Source: Candidatus Eiseniibacteriota bacterium
Lineage (GTDB): Bacteria > Eisenbacteria > RBG-16-71-46 > CAIMUX01 > VGJL01
Assembly: GCA_963792585.1 (NCBI GenBank)
Contig: CAWBWI010000002.1
Span: 192,001 to 256,000 of the forward strand
Length of the DNA stretch: 64,000 nt
Direction of reading: 5' to 3'
Shown here one piece after another: positions 1 through 9,710 of this stretch. Below the pieces are notes generated by a model. It did not search any database. It had not been told where the DNA came from and saw only the letters and a list, made by a program, of their open reading frames with translations. The position numbers and the translations under genes were made by a program. Numbering within the stretch: position 1 is the first letter of the stretch; each line of letters starts with the position of its first letter.

Positions 1-1
1 G

Positions 2-379
2 CGCTCACCGTGGTTCACGCTCGCCGGGAACGCGCTCACGGAGGCCGACCTCCGGACCGCCGCGGCGATCCCGTCGGATGCGTCGGGCTTTCCGTCAGCG
101 TCCAATGCGCTGCTCGGTCCGGGAACCCCCAACCCGTTCACGGACGGAATAGATATCATGTACACCCTGTCCGCGCGGGGGCACGTGCGGCTCGCGGCGC
201 ACGACGTTGCAGGGCGGCAGGTCGCCGTTCTCGCCGAAGGAGCGCGGGAAGCCGGGCGGCACGATCTGCGCTGGGATGGCCACGATTCCGCGGGCGATGC
301 CCTTCCCGCAGGCGTCTATCTGCTTCGTCTGGAGACCGCGGGTCGGGTGACGTCGCGGAAGCTCGTCATCGCCCGTTGA
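2..379 (+). CDS. 3' end of secreted protein with C-terminal FlgD-Ig/T9SS-type-A-like domain (5' end outside window)
   Basis: Frame is open from base 2: ...PGTPNPFTDGIDIMYTL...HDVAGRQVAVL...WDGHDSAGDALPAGVYLLRL...RKLVIAR, the typical PNPF...GR.V..L...WDG....G..LP.GVY signature. Confidence 0.85.
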   Translation, partial: RSPWFTLAGNALTEADLRTAAAIPSDASGFPSASNALLGPGTPNPFTDGIDIMYTLSARGHVRLAAHDVAGRQVAVLAEGAREAGRHDLRWDGHDSAGDALPAGVYLLRLETAGRVTSRKLVIAR

Positions 380-641
380 AAGAGCTCATCGAAGCCGACG
401 ACAAGGACCGTCACGCTCGGTGGGGGGGCACCGCCCTCGAGCGTGCGTCAGAGCCAGCCCCGCAGGACGGTCCAATCGGGCTTGATTGTGGCGATCGAGG
501 CCCCGAGCGCGGTTGATCTCAGCGCCGTGAGCGCTCTGCGAGCTCAACTGGACGCTTGGCAAGCCCGAACGGTCTCCGGTAACCTTCGCGGTTGCTGCGA
601 CGTGAGTGGCAACGGAACGGACCGGTTCAAAGGAGAGAATC

Positions 642-1232
642 ATGCGTATTCTTGCTGTAGCTCTGATGTGTGCCGCGCTGGTCGGCTCGGCGCTCGCGCA
701 GGGGGACAAGCCCGCCGAGATGAGCCCCGACGAGATGATGAAGATGTACGAAGCCGCGGCCAAGCCCGGGCCGGAGCACGCGATGCTTGCCAAGAGCGCC
801 GGCAGGTGGAATTGCACGGTCAAGTCCTGGACGGACCCGAAGGGAGCGCCCGAGGTCTCCGAAGGAACGGAAGAGTCTGAGATGGTCTTCGGCGGCCGGT
901 ACCTCAGAAGCCACTTCAAGGGAAGCATGATGGGAAGGCCGTACGAGGGGATGGGCACTTTCGCCTTCGACAACGTCAAGAAGAAGTATGTAGGGAACTG
1001 GATGGATTCGATGAGCACGGGAATCATGAACTTCGAGGGCGACTACAACGCTCAATCCAAGGAGCTGGTTTGTCGCGGATCCTATGCGGACGCAATGACC
1101 GGCAAGGACACGGCCTGCCGAATGGTCTCGCGATTCCTCGGCGACGACCAACACGTCTTCGAGATGTGGGGTCCGGATCCAACCGGAACAGAGGTCAAGT
1201 GGATGGAGATCACCTACAACCGCGCCAAGTAG
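642..1232 (+). CDS. DUF1579-family exported protein
   Basis: AAGGAG RBS; signal peptide MRILAVALMCAALVGSALA; motifs PGPEHAML..G.W, GGRYL, YEGMG..FDN.KKKY...WMDSMSTG. Confidence 0.8.
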   Translation: MRILAVALMCAALVGSALAQGDKPAEMSPDEMMKMYEAAAKPGPEHAMLAKSAGRWNCTVKSWTDPKGAPEVSEGTEESEMVFGGRYLRSHFKGSMMGRPYEGMGTFAFDNVKKKYVGNWMDSMSTGIMNFEGDYNAQSKELVCRGSYADAMTGKDTACRMVSRFLGDDQHVFEMWGPDPTGTEVKWMEITYNRAK

Positions 1233-1580
1233 CAGTCGCGCTTGCCGGACGCCATCCCGGCGTCCGGCTCGACCCCCGCGTCCTCGCGAGGGATGACCGC
1301 CGTTGAGTCGCCCGCCGTTACCCGAGCGGGCGCTTGCCACCGTGGAGCGTAGGTGGCCTTCCACCCGCAGCACGACGATTTGGGGACCTTGAGGTTGCGG
1401 CGGGCCACAAATGCGCCAGCTTTTCCTCAGGTGCAGTCCAGGGCCACCCGCAGCATCACTCTCGACGCGACCGTCGCCACGTACCTTGTGGTTGTGGTGA
1501 CGGTCGCGCGTTCCTAGTGCGGTCCGAGCCGTGATGCATTCCGCCTCCCGCCTCTCCGCCTCACCCGGCCGCGGCAGTCC

Positions 1581-3329
1581 CTACGGCTCGACACGGAAGC
1601 TGAACATCATCCCGCTCTCATGATGCTCGGCAATGTGGCAGTGCGCCATCCAAAGGCCGACGTTGGTGACGTCGAGGAGAATGTCGACGGTCTGGCCAGT
1701 CTGCACGAGGACCGTGTCCTTCCATACGAGGTTGGCTTCGACGATCCCGTCTCGGGCCAGGATCAGGAAGCGGCCCGCCCCATGGACATGGAATGGGTGG
1801 GGCATCGGATGATCGGAGTCCATCTCGTTGACCAATCGGATCTTCACCTGTTCGCCGACGCGGAACCGCCAGTCGATCGCCATCCCCTCGGCGCCTGTCG
1901 CGCGGTCAATCAGCTTCCAGCGTGTGTTCGCCGGAGTGGTCATGCGATTCACCTCGACCATGTCGTCTTCCCACTCAATGCCGCCTGCCTCCAGAGCATG
2001 CTCACCGCCGGCCTCATCACGGCGATGCTCGATTTCCTCCCCGTCCGGATGGCCGTGATGGTGCTCGCCGTTCGTCGCTTCGCGAGCCAGCTGCACCGGC
2101 ACCAGCTTCATGCCGCACTTTGGGCATCGGTCGGGTTGTTTGCTCGTGACCTCGGGGTGCATCGGGCAGGCGTAGGTGATCGGCGTGGCCTCGGTGACGA
2201 CCAACTTCATCCCGCATTTGGGACACCGGCCTGGTTCGTCGCTCACCACATCCGCGTGCATGGGACAGACGTACGCAACCGTAGCGCTGGGCGGCGACTC
2301 CGGCTTGCCCAAGTCCATCTGGGCGACCAGCGCGAGCGTCTTATCCGGCTTGGCATCCAACCAGGGGGCGATGCGGCGACGCTCGGTCGCCATGTCGGAG
2401 TTCGTGCGGAGGCTCTCGAACTGCGGTGCTACGGATGACTCCGCTCGGTCGTCGCTGACGGTGATCGTGGCTATCGTGTAACTCCGCTTCGGCGTGCGAT
2501 GCTCGAGTGACAGGCGACCCGGCTCGTCGAAGAGCACGTCAACTACGGCCCGCTCCGAGGGCGCAATCAGCACCTCGTCGACGAATTCCTCCCTCTCGTA
2601 ACGGCCGCTGTCGCCGCCGACGAGCTTCATCCGCGCTCCGCGCAGGCCGATGTTGAAGATGCGCGTGTTCGCCGTGTTGATCAGGAAGAAGCGCAAGATC
2701 TCGCCTCGCCGCGCCCCGATTGACAGCTCGGTTTCGCCGTTTACCAACAGGACATTGCCGAACCGGCCCATCGCTGTGTGCGTCGAAGTCGACCGGCGGA
2801 ATGGCGCAACCTTCCCGTCCTCGAGCAAGATGTCGTCAAGTGTAAGGGTGAGCTCGCGGTTGACGGCCGGCCAGTAGTCCGGCGCTGAGGGAACGACCAC
2901 GATGTTGCCGTACAGACCCATCTCTTGGCCGTAGTCTTCGCGGATGTGCGGATGATACCAGTAGACGCCAGGGTCAGGGAAGTCGAGGCGGTAGGCGAAG
3001 GCGCCGCCGACCGGTATCGGCCGCTGCGTCTGGGCTGTCCCGTCGTAGCGATTCGCCAAGCGCAATCCGTGCCAATGCACCGTCGTCTCGAGATCACCCT
3101 CATTGACGACATTGACCACCAACTCCGACCCTTGGCGCACCCGAAGCGTCGGGCCGGGAATCGAACGGTTGTAGGCGAGCATCCGCACGTTCGCATCCCC
3201 GAGTAGCTTCGCCACCGGCGCAATGCGAAGGTCGAACTGGTCCCCATCGTGGAGTTCGAACAACTCCGACGAACGTGCCTTTGATAAACCTGCGGCGTCT
3301 GTCGGGAATTGATCCGAAGATCGAGTCAT
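1581..3329 (-). CDS. Multicopper oxidase with two inserted heavy-metal-binding (YxCPMH...CPKCGMxL) domains
   Basis: All four MCO copper motifs present: HWHG, WYHPH, HPFHVHG, HCHIAEHHESGM; two CPMH..CPKCGMKL repeats and a His-rich linker; AGGAG RBS. Confidence 0.9.
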   Translation of the reverse strand: MTRSSDQFPTDAAGLSKARSSELFELHDGDQFDLRIAPVAKLLGDANVRMLAYNRSIPGPTLRVRQGSELVVNVVNEGDLETTVHWHGLRLANRYDGTAQTQRPIPVGGAFAYRLDFPDPGVYWYHPHIREDYGQEMGLYGNIVVVPSAPDYWPAVNRELTLTLDDILLEDGKVAPFRRSTSTHTAMGRFGNVLLVNGETELSIGARRGEILRFFLINTANTRIFNIGLRGARMKLVGGDSGRYEREEFVDEVLIAPSERAVVDVLFDEPGRLSLEHRTPKRSYTIATITVSDDRAESSVAPQFESLRTNSDMATERRRIAPWLDAKPDKTLALVAQMDLGKPESPPSATVAYVCPMHADVVSDEPGRCPKCGMKLVVTEATPITYACPMHPEVTSKQPDRCPKCGMKLVPVQLAREATNGEHHHGHPDGEEIEHRRDEAGGEHALEAGGIEWEDDMVEVNRMTTPANTRWKLIDRATGAEGMAIDWRFRVGEQVKIRLVNEMDSDHPMPHPFHVHGAGRFLILARDGIVEANLVWKDTVLVQTGQTVDILLDVTNVGLWMAHCHIAEHHESGMMFSFRVEP

Positions 3330-3950
3330 GTTGTTCTCCTGTTGGCGGCTTGATCTCGCCGCGTTGGTGTAGGACGCGGCCGCTCCCGTCGAGCACTCGC
3401 CTACGCAGGGCGACCGGTGACGCTAGCACACCCATCCGTCATGTGCGAAGTAGAGACACGTCGTCGCCAGTGCCGCGCACCAACGGCAGTTCCGGACGGA
3501 GATGCCGGACCCGATTGAGGATCGAGGGCGGTGGCCGGCACGACCGGCGTGCTCCGCTTTCACCTAGGGACGCACTCGCCGGCGAGTGATCCGTCGGATG
3601 TGTCGGGGACGGCATGGGCGCCTAAGCTACTGGACCAGCCCGGCCGCCTCCACATTGACTCCAGGACTTTGGGGGATTCGGGGAGACTCCAGGGGACGCG
3701 AGGTGAACAGGGAATGCCGTGCTAACCGATCGGAGCCGGTTGCAGGGGACCTATGCGTCTGCTACTCTCTTCGGTCCCTCTGCATGGGCTTCGCAGGCGG
3801 ATGGCTCGCGTGAGGGGCGGAGGGAACCCGGCGCGGATAGCCCCGGGACCAGGCGCCCCGATGATTGCGACAAGCACCAACGACCGGCTCACCGGTTCGT
3901 GAGCATCAGATAGGTTCCGGCCTCCGGGCCGGATGGGAGGAAGTTCGACA

Positions 3951-4229
3951 ATGTCAAGGTACCTGATCGAAGTCAAACACGAGGCTGGAGTGCTTGCGTG
4001 TGCCCGCGTCGTGAAGACGATCCTCGAGACGGGTTCCCACTTCCTGACGCACGCAGACTGGGGATGCATGGACGGCGAGCACACCGCATGGATCATCGTG
4101 GAGGTTGATAGCAAGGAAGAGGCGCGGTCCATCCTCCCTCCCGCCTACCGCTCGGAAGCAAGGATCGTGGCCCTGAACAGTTTCAGCATGGAGCAGATCA
4201 ACGAGCTGATCAGCCAGCATCAGTCCTAG
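3951..4229 (+). CDS. Small hypothetical protein (92 aa) with His/Cys cluster HFLTHADWGCMDGEH
   Basis: GGAGG RBS; coding-like composition; directly upstream of and co-oriented with the SQR-like gene. Confidence 0.7.
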   Translation: MSRYLIEVKHEAGVLACARVVKTILETGSHFLTHADWGCMDGEHTAWIIVEVDSKEEARSILPPAYRSEARIVALNSFSMEQINELISQHQS

Positions 4230-4415
4230 CGGGTCGCCCGCGCACGACGTGCGGGGCGGCCTTCCCTACTGGAGGTGATACGCGAGGGTGCGTGGCCTCG
4301 ACGCCCTGATTCGGGTGACGGCGGGCCGACCTCGTGACGTTTCAATGCCCGGAAGTCATCCCGGACACGTATGTCTTTTCACACCGCACACGATGGACTT
4401 GGTGGAGGTTGCGCC

Positions 4416-5540
4416 ATGAGGGTCGTGATCGTTGGAGCCGGCTTCGGGGGTCTGGAAACTGCCACCTGCCTAAGTGAGACGCTCGGCAGGGATGTCGACG
4501 TCACGCTGATCGACAAGAACGACAGCTTCGTCTTCGGATACGCCAAGCTCGACGTCATGTTCGGGCGCACCAAGCCCGAAGCGGTCCATTTCCCCTTTCA
4601 CTCGATCGACAAACCAGGCGTCGCCTTCCGGCAAGAGACCCTCACCTCGATTGACCCCTCTGCCAAACGCGTGACCACCGACAAGGGGATCCATGATGCC
4701 GACATTCTCGTCGTCGCGCTCGGCGCCGACTATGACGTCTCGGCGACGCCGGGGTTGGCCGAAGGCGGGCACGAGTTCTATTCCGTCGCCGGCGCGACCA
4801 AGGTGAGGAACATCTTGCCGACTTTCGACGGCGGAACGGTCGTTGTCGGTGTGATGACCCCACACTACAAGTGCCCGCCGGCACCGAGCGAGACCGCGAT
4901 GCTGATGCATGACTATCTTGCCGAACGGGGTCTGCGCGAGCGCTCCAGGATCATCATGACGACGCCCCTCCCCTCGCCACTCCCCGTCTCGAAGGAGACC
5001 GGGGACGCGCTCTTGGCCCGCTTCGCCCAACTCGGAATCGAGTTCATTCCAAGCGTGATGCCCACGCAGGTCGAGGGCGCCGCGAGCAAACTCCACCTCT
5101 CGAATGGCGCCGCCATCGACTACGACCTGCTACTCGCGGTACCGGTACACGTCGCGCCGAAGGTGGTCCTGGAATCCGGCTTGACCGAAGGTGGATGGAT
5201 ACCGGTCGACCCCGCGACGCTGCAGACCCGTTTCCCGGGGGTGTACGCCATCGGTGATGTCACCAGCGTCGGAACGCCGCGCGCCGGGACGTTTGCCGAA
5301 GGGGCGGGCAAGGTCGTCGCCGCCCAGATCATCGCCCGCAATCGCGGCGGTGCGGTCACCCGCTATCAGGGCGATGGCCACTGCTACATTGAGTTCGGGG
5401 AGCAGAAGATCGCCGAAATCTACGTCAACTTCCTTGGAGGCTCCAAGCCGTGGAGCGAATTCAAGGGGGTCACCCCCGGCGGTGTCGCCAACAAGCGGCT
5501 TTTCGGTTCAAGCCGTGCCCACCGCTGGTTTGGGATGTAG
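4416..5540 (+). CDS. sqr: Sulfide:quinone oxidoreductase / flavocytochrome-c-sulfide-dehydrogenase-like FAD oxidoreductase
   Basis: GAGFGG FAD motif, KCPPAPSE, VYAIGDVT, second Cys in GDGHCYIEFG; GGAGG RBS. Confidence 0.75.
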   Translation: MRVVIVGAGFGGLETATCLSETLGRDVDVTLIDKNDSFVFGYAKLDVMFGRTKPEAVHFPFHSIDKPGVAFRQETLTSIDPSAKRVTTDKGIHDADILVVALGADYDVSATPGLAEGGHEFYSVAGATKVRNILPTFDGGTVVVGVMTPHYKCPPAPSETAMLMHDYLAERGLRERSRIIMTTPLPSPLPVSKETGDALLARFAQLGIEFIPSVMPTQVEGAASKLHLSNGAAIDYDLLLAVPVHVAPKVVLESGLTEGGWIPVDPATLQTRFPGVYAIGDVTSVGTPRAGTFAEGAGKVVAAQIIARNRGGAVTRYQGDGHCYIEFGEQKIAEIYVNFLGGSKPWSEFKGVTPGGVANKRLFGSSRAHRWFGM

Positions 5541-5706
5541 GCACTTCCACCCCATGCACCGGCAAAGACTCACATCGGAGCGAGACCGTCTCCTCTGTCT
5601 CAGGCACGGAAGTCGCTATCCCTAAGGATCAACCGGGAGAGCAGGAGGAGCCTCTTGCCCCGCCGCCCTCCCGGTGAGTGAGTCTCCGAACGAGAGCGTG
5701 AAGACG

Positions 5707-7881
5707 CTATCGAACGAGTTGCAGCGCCCGCACCGCCGTCCGTCCGCTCGACTCCGCGCGGACGTAGTACACCCCCGGCGGCGCATCTCCGGCCGGCCAG
5801 CACAGCATGTGCTCACCGGCGGCCGCCGTGCCTTCGTGCAAGGTCGCGAGGCGACGCCCGGCCACGTCGTAGACCGCGACCGTCAGCGGTCCGGGGTGGT
5901 CGAGCTGGAGGCGGATCGCGCCATCGTCTCGCACCGGATTGGCCACGAGGAGCCGTAAGCTTTCTTGGAGAGTCCCCTCCGCCTCAACAGCCGCGGCAGA
6001 AGGTCCGAGGACGAGCATGGACCCTCCCCCGACCATGTACAGGAACGACCCGCGGATCGCGATGGCCCCGCCGACCGCATCGGCCAAGCCGACCTCGACC
6101 GGGTTGCCCGGACTCGAGACGTCATAGACCCGCACGCCGGGGTCCGCTGCCGCAAAGAGCCGGTCGCCGACGAGCTCGAGTTGATTGAGCCAGCCGGGAA
6201 GCTGGAGTTCGAGAACGGATCGAGGGATGTCCGGGTTCGTGACGTCGAAGACGCCGAGTCGGTTGTGTCCCAGGTTGGCGTAGACGAAGGACCCGTCCGT
6301 GACGACGTCGAACACCCAGTCGAATGTGTCGACGGAGCCGCGACGGAACGGGTATGCAGGATTGGAGATGTCGACGACGACGAGCCCCACGTTGCTGTTG
6401 CCGACGTAGGCGAGATCGCCGTGGACGCACACCTCCCAGGCCCAGAGTGGGACCGTGCAGCTGCCCAGGATGATCGGATGCGTCGGGTCGTGGATGTCGA
6501 TCGACGTGAAGCGATCGTCCTTGACGACATAGGCGCGTTCGCCCGCGATCGCCATCCCGCTGACCGGCAGGTCCATGTGCGCCACCAGCCTCGGATGCCC
6601 GAGATCGACGATATCGACGACGTCGAAGCCGTCCTCGCGACTCCCTAGGTAGACGAAATCACCGGAAACAAGCACCGTCCGCGGGTTCGCCGGCGTCTCG
6701 AGCAGGGAGATCTCCTCGGGCTGGAAAGGGTTCTGGATATCGACTACATGGAGCCCAAACATCCCGTCGGCGATGTAGGCCGCGCGGTCGTCCGCGGCGA
6801 TGCCGGAGGGATATCCCGCCTCCCAATACCTCCCCATGAGGATCGGCTCGCCCGGATCGCTTACATCCGCGGTCACGAGGCCGTTCCAGCCGTCGGCGAC
6901 ATAGACCACCTCGTCCTGGAACGCGAGATCGGCGGAGTTTCCGCCCGTGACCAGATTCCCAACAATGACGGGGTTCGACGGATCGGAGAAGTCGAGAATG
7001 GTCGCGGTCCCGGAACCGCTGGCGACATAGGCTAGCCCGCCATCGAAGTAGACGTCCCGCGACCACTCCGTCCCCTGGTACTCGCCGAGATAGGCCGGCT
7101 GCAGCGGGCTCGTGATGTCGTAGACGATCACGCCGCTCTCGTCTCGGAGCGACTGCGCATTGTGACGCTGCTTCTCTGGCAGTGTCCCGCGAGGATGATC
7201 CACGCCCTCACGCTTTTCCCCGCTGTTCCAGACGCAATACGCGCGAGACCCCTGCACCCGGATCGTGAAGAAGATGCCGATGTCCCAGCGGCCGGCCGGG
7301 ACCGGGTGCGCAGGCTGGGACACGTCGATCACCGCGACCCCGTCATGATAGGCGGCCAGGTAGGCATAGCCGCCGGCCAGCGCGATTCCGAGCCCGGCGG
7401 TGGGGCAGGAGCCGAGCAGCACCGGACTGGCCGGGTGGCTGAAGTCGACGATCTCGAGCCGCCCCTCGCTGGAGCCACAGACGATATAGGCCAGGTTCTC
7501 CCGGAACGCGAAGTCGATCAGCTCCCCATCCACCCCATAGGCGCCCACCGCGCGCGGAGTGCTCGGATCACTGACGTCGAAGACCAGAATGCCGGGTCCC
7601 CCGCCGACGAGAACATATGGCCAGGCGATCTCGAGACGCCCGCATGACCCACCGCAGTAGGACTTACCCAGCGGGAGCGGAGCGGACGGATCCGTGACGT
7701 CGAAGACAGCCAGACCTTGCGGATAGGCGACATAGGCGATTCCATCGAGAACGCGCACGCTGTTCGGGTTGCTCCAGAGCGTCGACGACAACAAGCTCGG
7801 CGCATCGGGAGGAACGGCGAACGCATTCGATGGAATCCAGAGGACAAGCAGAATCGATAACATACACAGCGGCCGGAGCAT
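5707..7881 (-). CDS. LVIVD-repeat secreted protein with C-terminal FlgD-Ig/T9SS-like domain
   Basis: Signal peptide MLRPLCMLSILLVLWIPSNAFA; many AYVA...GL.VVD(V/I)S.P..P repeats; ANPVR...YDVAGRRLATL...GVYYVR tail. The 5' extension in the ORF track is spurious. Confidence 0.85.
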   Translation of the reverse strand: MLRPLCMLSILLVLWIPSNAFAVPPDAPSLLSSTLWSNPNSVRVLDGIAYVAYPQGLAVFDVTDPSAPLPLGKSYCGGSCGRLEIAWPYVLVGGGPGILVFDVSDPSTPRAVGAYGVDGELIDFAFRENLAYIVCGSSEGRLEIVDFSHPASPVLLGSCPTAGLGIALAGGYAYLAAYHDGVAVIDVSQPAHPVPAGRWDIGIFFTIRVQGSRAYCVWNSGEKREGVDHPRGTLPEKQRHNAQSLRDESGVIVYDITSPLQPAYLGEYQGTEWSRDVYFDGGLAYVASGSGTATILDFSDPSNPVIVGNLVTGGNSADLAFQDEVVYVADGWNGLVTADVSDPGEPILMGRYWEAGYPSGIAADDRAAYIADGMFGLHVVDIQNPFQPEEISLLETPANPRTVLVSGDFVYLGSREDGFDVVDIVDLGHPRLVAHMDLPVSGMAIAGERAYVVKDDRFTSIDIHDPTHPIILGSCTVPLWAWEVCVHGDLAYVGNSNVGLVVVDISNPAYPFRRGSVDTFDWVFDVVTDGSFVYANLGHNRLGVFDVTNPDIPRSVLELQLPGWLNQLELVGDRLFAAADPGVRVYDVSSPGNPVEVGLADAVGGAIAIRGSFLYMVGGGSMLVLGPSAAAVEAEGTLQESLRLLVANPVRDDGAIRLQLDHPGPLTVAVYDVAGRRLATLHEGTAAAGEHMLCWPAGDAPPGVYYVRAESSGRTAVRALQLVR

Positions 7882-8162
7882 GATCTTTCCCTCCCTCTTG
7901 GCTCGTAAGAGCAGACCGAGAATAGGCTCTTCACGGTTCGGAATCAAGCGAGGTACTTCCGGCGCGGCGTGCTTCCGGGCTCGGCGCGGAGCCTGGGGCG
8001 AGCACTCCGGCGGGTCCACTCGGTCGATTTTCATGAACAGTGCATGGCGCGGGAGGCCCGCCGTCCTGGGGTCTTCCGCATCGCGAGACGCCCGCGAACG
8101 ACGAGATGGCCCGGATTGATCGGGCCACCCCACAGCTCGGGCGGAGGAGCGAACCGATGCTC

Positions 8163-9383
8163 CTATCTCACCGACACCATCTTCGTCGACTTCAGTTTCC
8201 TGTCTCCTACATGCAGGCTGTAGTAGTAGATGCTGGCGGCGGATCTCTCGCCGCGCGCCGCGTCGAAGTCGACGGAGTAGGTGCCGGCCGGGCGAGAGGC
8301 ATTGACCAGGCTTCGCACCTCCCGTCCCAGGATGTCGTAGACCTTGATGGCGACGTAGCCGGACGCGGATGTGGAGTAGGTGATCGTCGTCGAGGAACCG
8401 AACGGATTCGGCTCGTTGTGCAGGATCGACGGCCTGTTCATCCAGGTGCCGGAATCGTCCACTCCCGACTGCCCGGGGTCGAAGACGGCCCGGGCATCGA
8501 CCCACAAGATATCCGTCTGCTCAGTGGTGTACGGGGCTCTGCGGCGATTGAAGAAGAAGTACTTCCCATCGGGGGAAACGAACGGATTGTCTTCGATCTG
8601 GGGGGTGTTGATCGCGGGACCCAGATTCCTTGGTGCGGTCCAGACGCCGCTTTCGTTGTAGCTGACGTAGAGATCGGATTGACCGTATCCACCCGATCGC
8701 TGGGACTCGAAGATGATGTAGCTGCCGTCGCGGGCGGCATACACGGAGCCCTCGAGCTGTGGACCGTTGATGGTGGCGCCCAGGTTCTCGACCGTGACCT
8801 CTCCGCCGGGTGACGTGACCGCGCGATAGACATCCGCGCCCCCGAAACCGCCCGGCCGGGTCGAGCAGAAGTACAGAGTCCCCCCATTGGTCAGCGCTCC
8901 TGCCCATTCATTGGAGGAGGAATTGACGGGTGGATCTAACTTCAGGGGCGCGCTCCATCCGGTGCCATCACGGGAGGATCGCCAGAGGTTGGTTGGAGGG
9001 TAACTGGGACGGGAGGAAACGAAATAGATCCCATTGCCGTCGGGTGAGTAGAAAGGACCGGTGGCATCCCCGTTCCCCTGGAACGGGGCCGCGATCGGGT
9101 CGATCCAGGTGCTGTCACTCCCCATCTTCGTGTACATCAGATTGAATCCGCTCCAACCGGCGTTGGTGAGACCGAAGACGCATTCGTCGAGGTTCGGCGA
9201 GAAGACCAGGCAGTACTCGTACCTGCCGGGCTGGGAAACGATGCCCGGCGCAAAGACCACCGGCGTGAAGCCGGGGGGATTCTGTCCGAAGTAGAGTCCC
9301 CCCGGGATGGTTCGCCCCTCACAGATGCCCACACCTACCGCCGAAATCAGGATGACTGCGACCAAACCCATGAACCATTTCAT
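8163..9383 (-). CDS. PD40/TolB-like beta-propeller secreted protein with C-terminal T9SS-like domain
   Basis: AGGAGG RBS; signal peptide; SPDG..LYF.S.RPGG.G..D.Y and NLGP.INT repeats; NEPNPF...YDILGREVRSLV...YYYSL...KMVSVR tail. Confidence 0.85.
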   Translation of the reverse strand: MKWFMGLVAVILISAVGVGICEGRTIPGGLYFGQNPPGFTPVVFAPGIVSQPGRYEYCLVFSPNLDECVFGLTNAGWSGFNLMYTKMGSDSTWIDPIAAPFQGNGDATGPFYSPDGNGIYFVSSRPSYPPTNLWRSSRDGTGWSAPLKLDPPVNSSSNEWAGALTNGGTLYFCSTRPGGFGGADVYRAVTSPGGEVTVENLGATINGPQLEGSVYAARDGSYIIFESQRSGGYGQSDLYVSYNESGVWTAPRNLGPAINTPQIEDNPFVSPDGKYFFFNRRRAPYTTEQTDILWVDARAVFDPGQSGVDDSGTWMNRPSILHNEPNPFGSSTTITYSTSASGYVAIKVYDILGREVRSLVNASRPAGTYSVDFDAARGERSAASIYYYSLHVGDRKLKSTKMVSVR

Positions 9384-9496
9384 CACGGCACCTCCTAGCA
9401 ACCCCTGGACGCTCCGCGGGACCCGACGCTGGAGACGCGCCGATCCCGCGTGGTCTGCGAAACGACATCGAAATCGTAGGAAGATCCGTGTGGGAG

Positions 9497-9540
9497 AGCC
9501 TGAAGACGAGCTAAGGGAGTCCTAATGAAGTCCTGATTTC
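9497..9540 (-). promoter_or_regulatory. Four phased direct repeats (11-bp period), putative operator of the divergent wHTH regulator
   Basis: Plus strand CCTGA(9499) GCTAA(9510) CCTAA(9521) CCTGA(9532), i.e. T(C/T)AG(G/C) on the minus strand, spaced exactly 11 bp. Confidence 0.6.
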
Positions 9541-9710
9541 TTGCCATTGCAGGGAGCGGGCGGCCCCTCGGCGAGTTCCGTACAGGTAGATCCACGCGAT
9601 CCTCGTCTGGATGCCGAGCGAGGCGCTGGATAGAGGTGTTCGCCCTTGCGACCCGGTGCGGCGTTGATAGAATCGAGGCGCTGTGGCGGAGGAGGGGAGA
9701 TGAGGGTTCG

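Noticed and set aside
7882..8505. N-terminal 208-aa extension of the 932-aa LVIVD ORF
   Set aside because: Overlaps the upstream gene out of frame; the signal peptide and RBS place the start at 7881.
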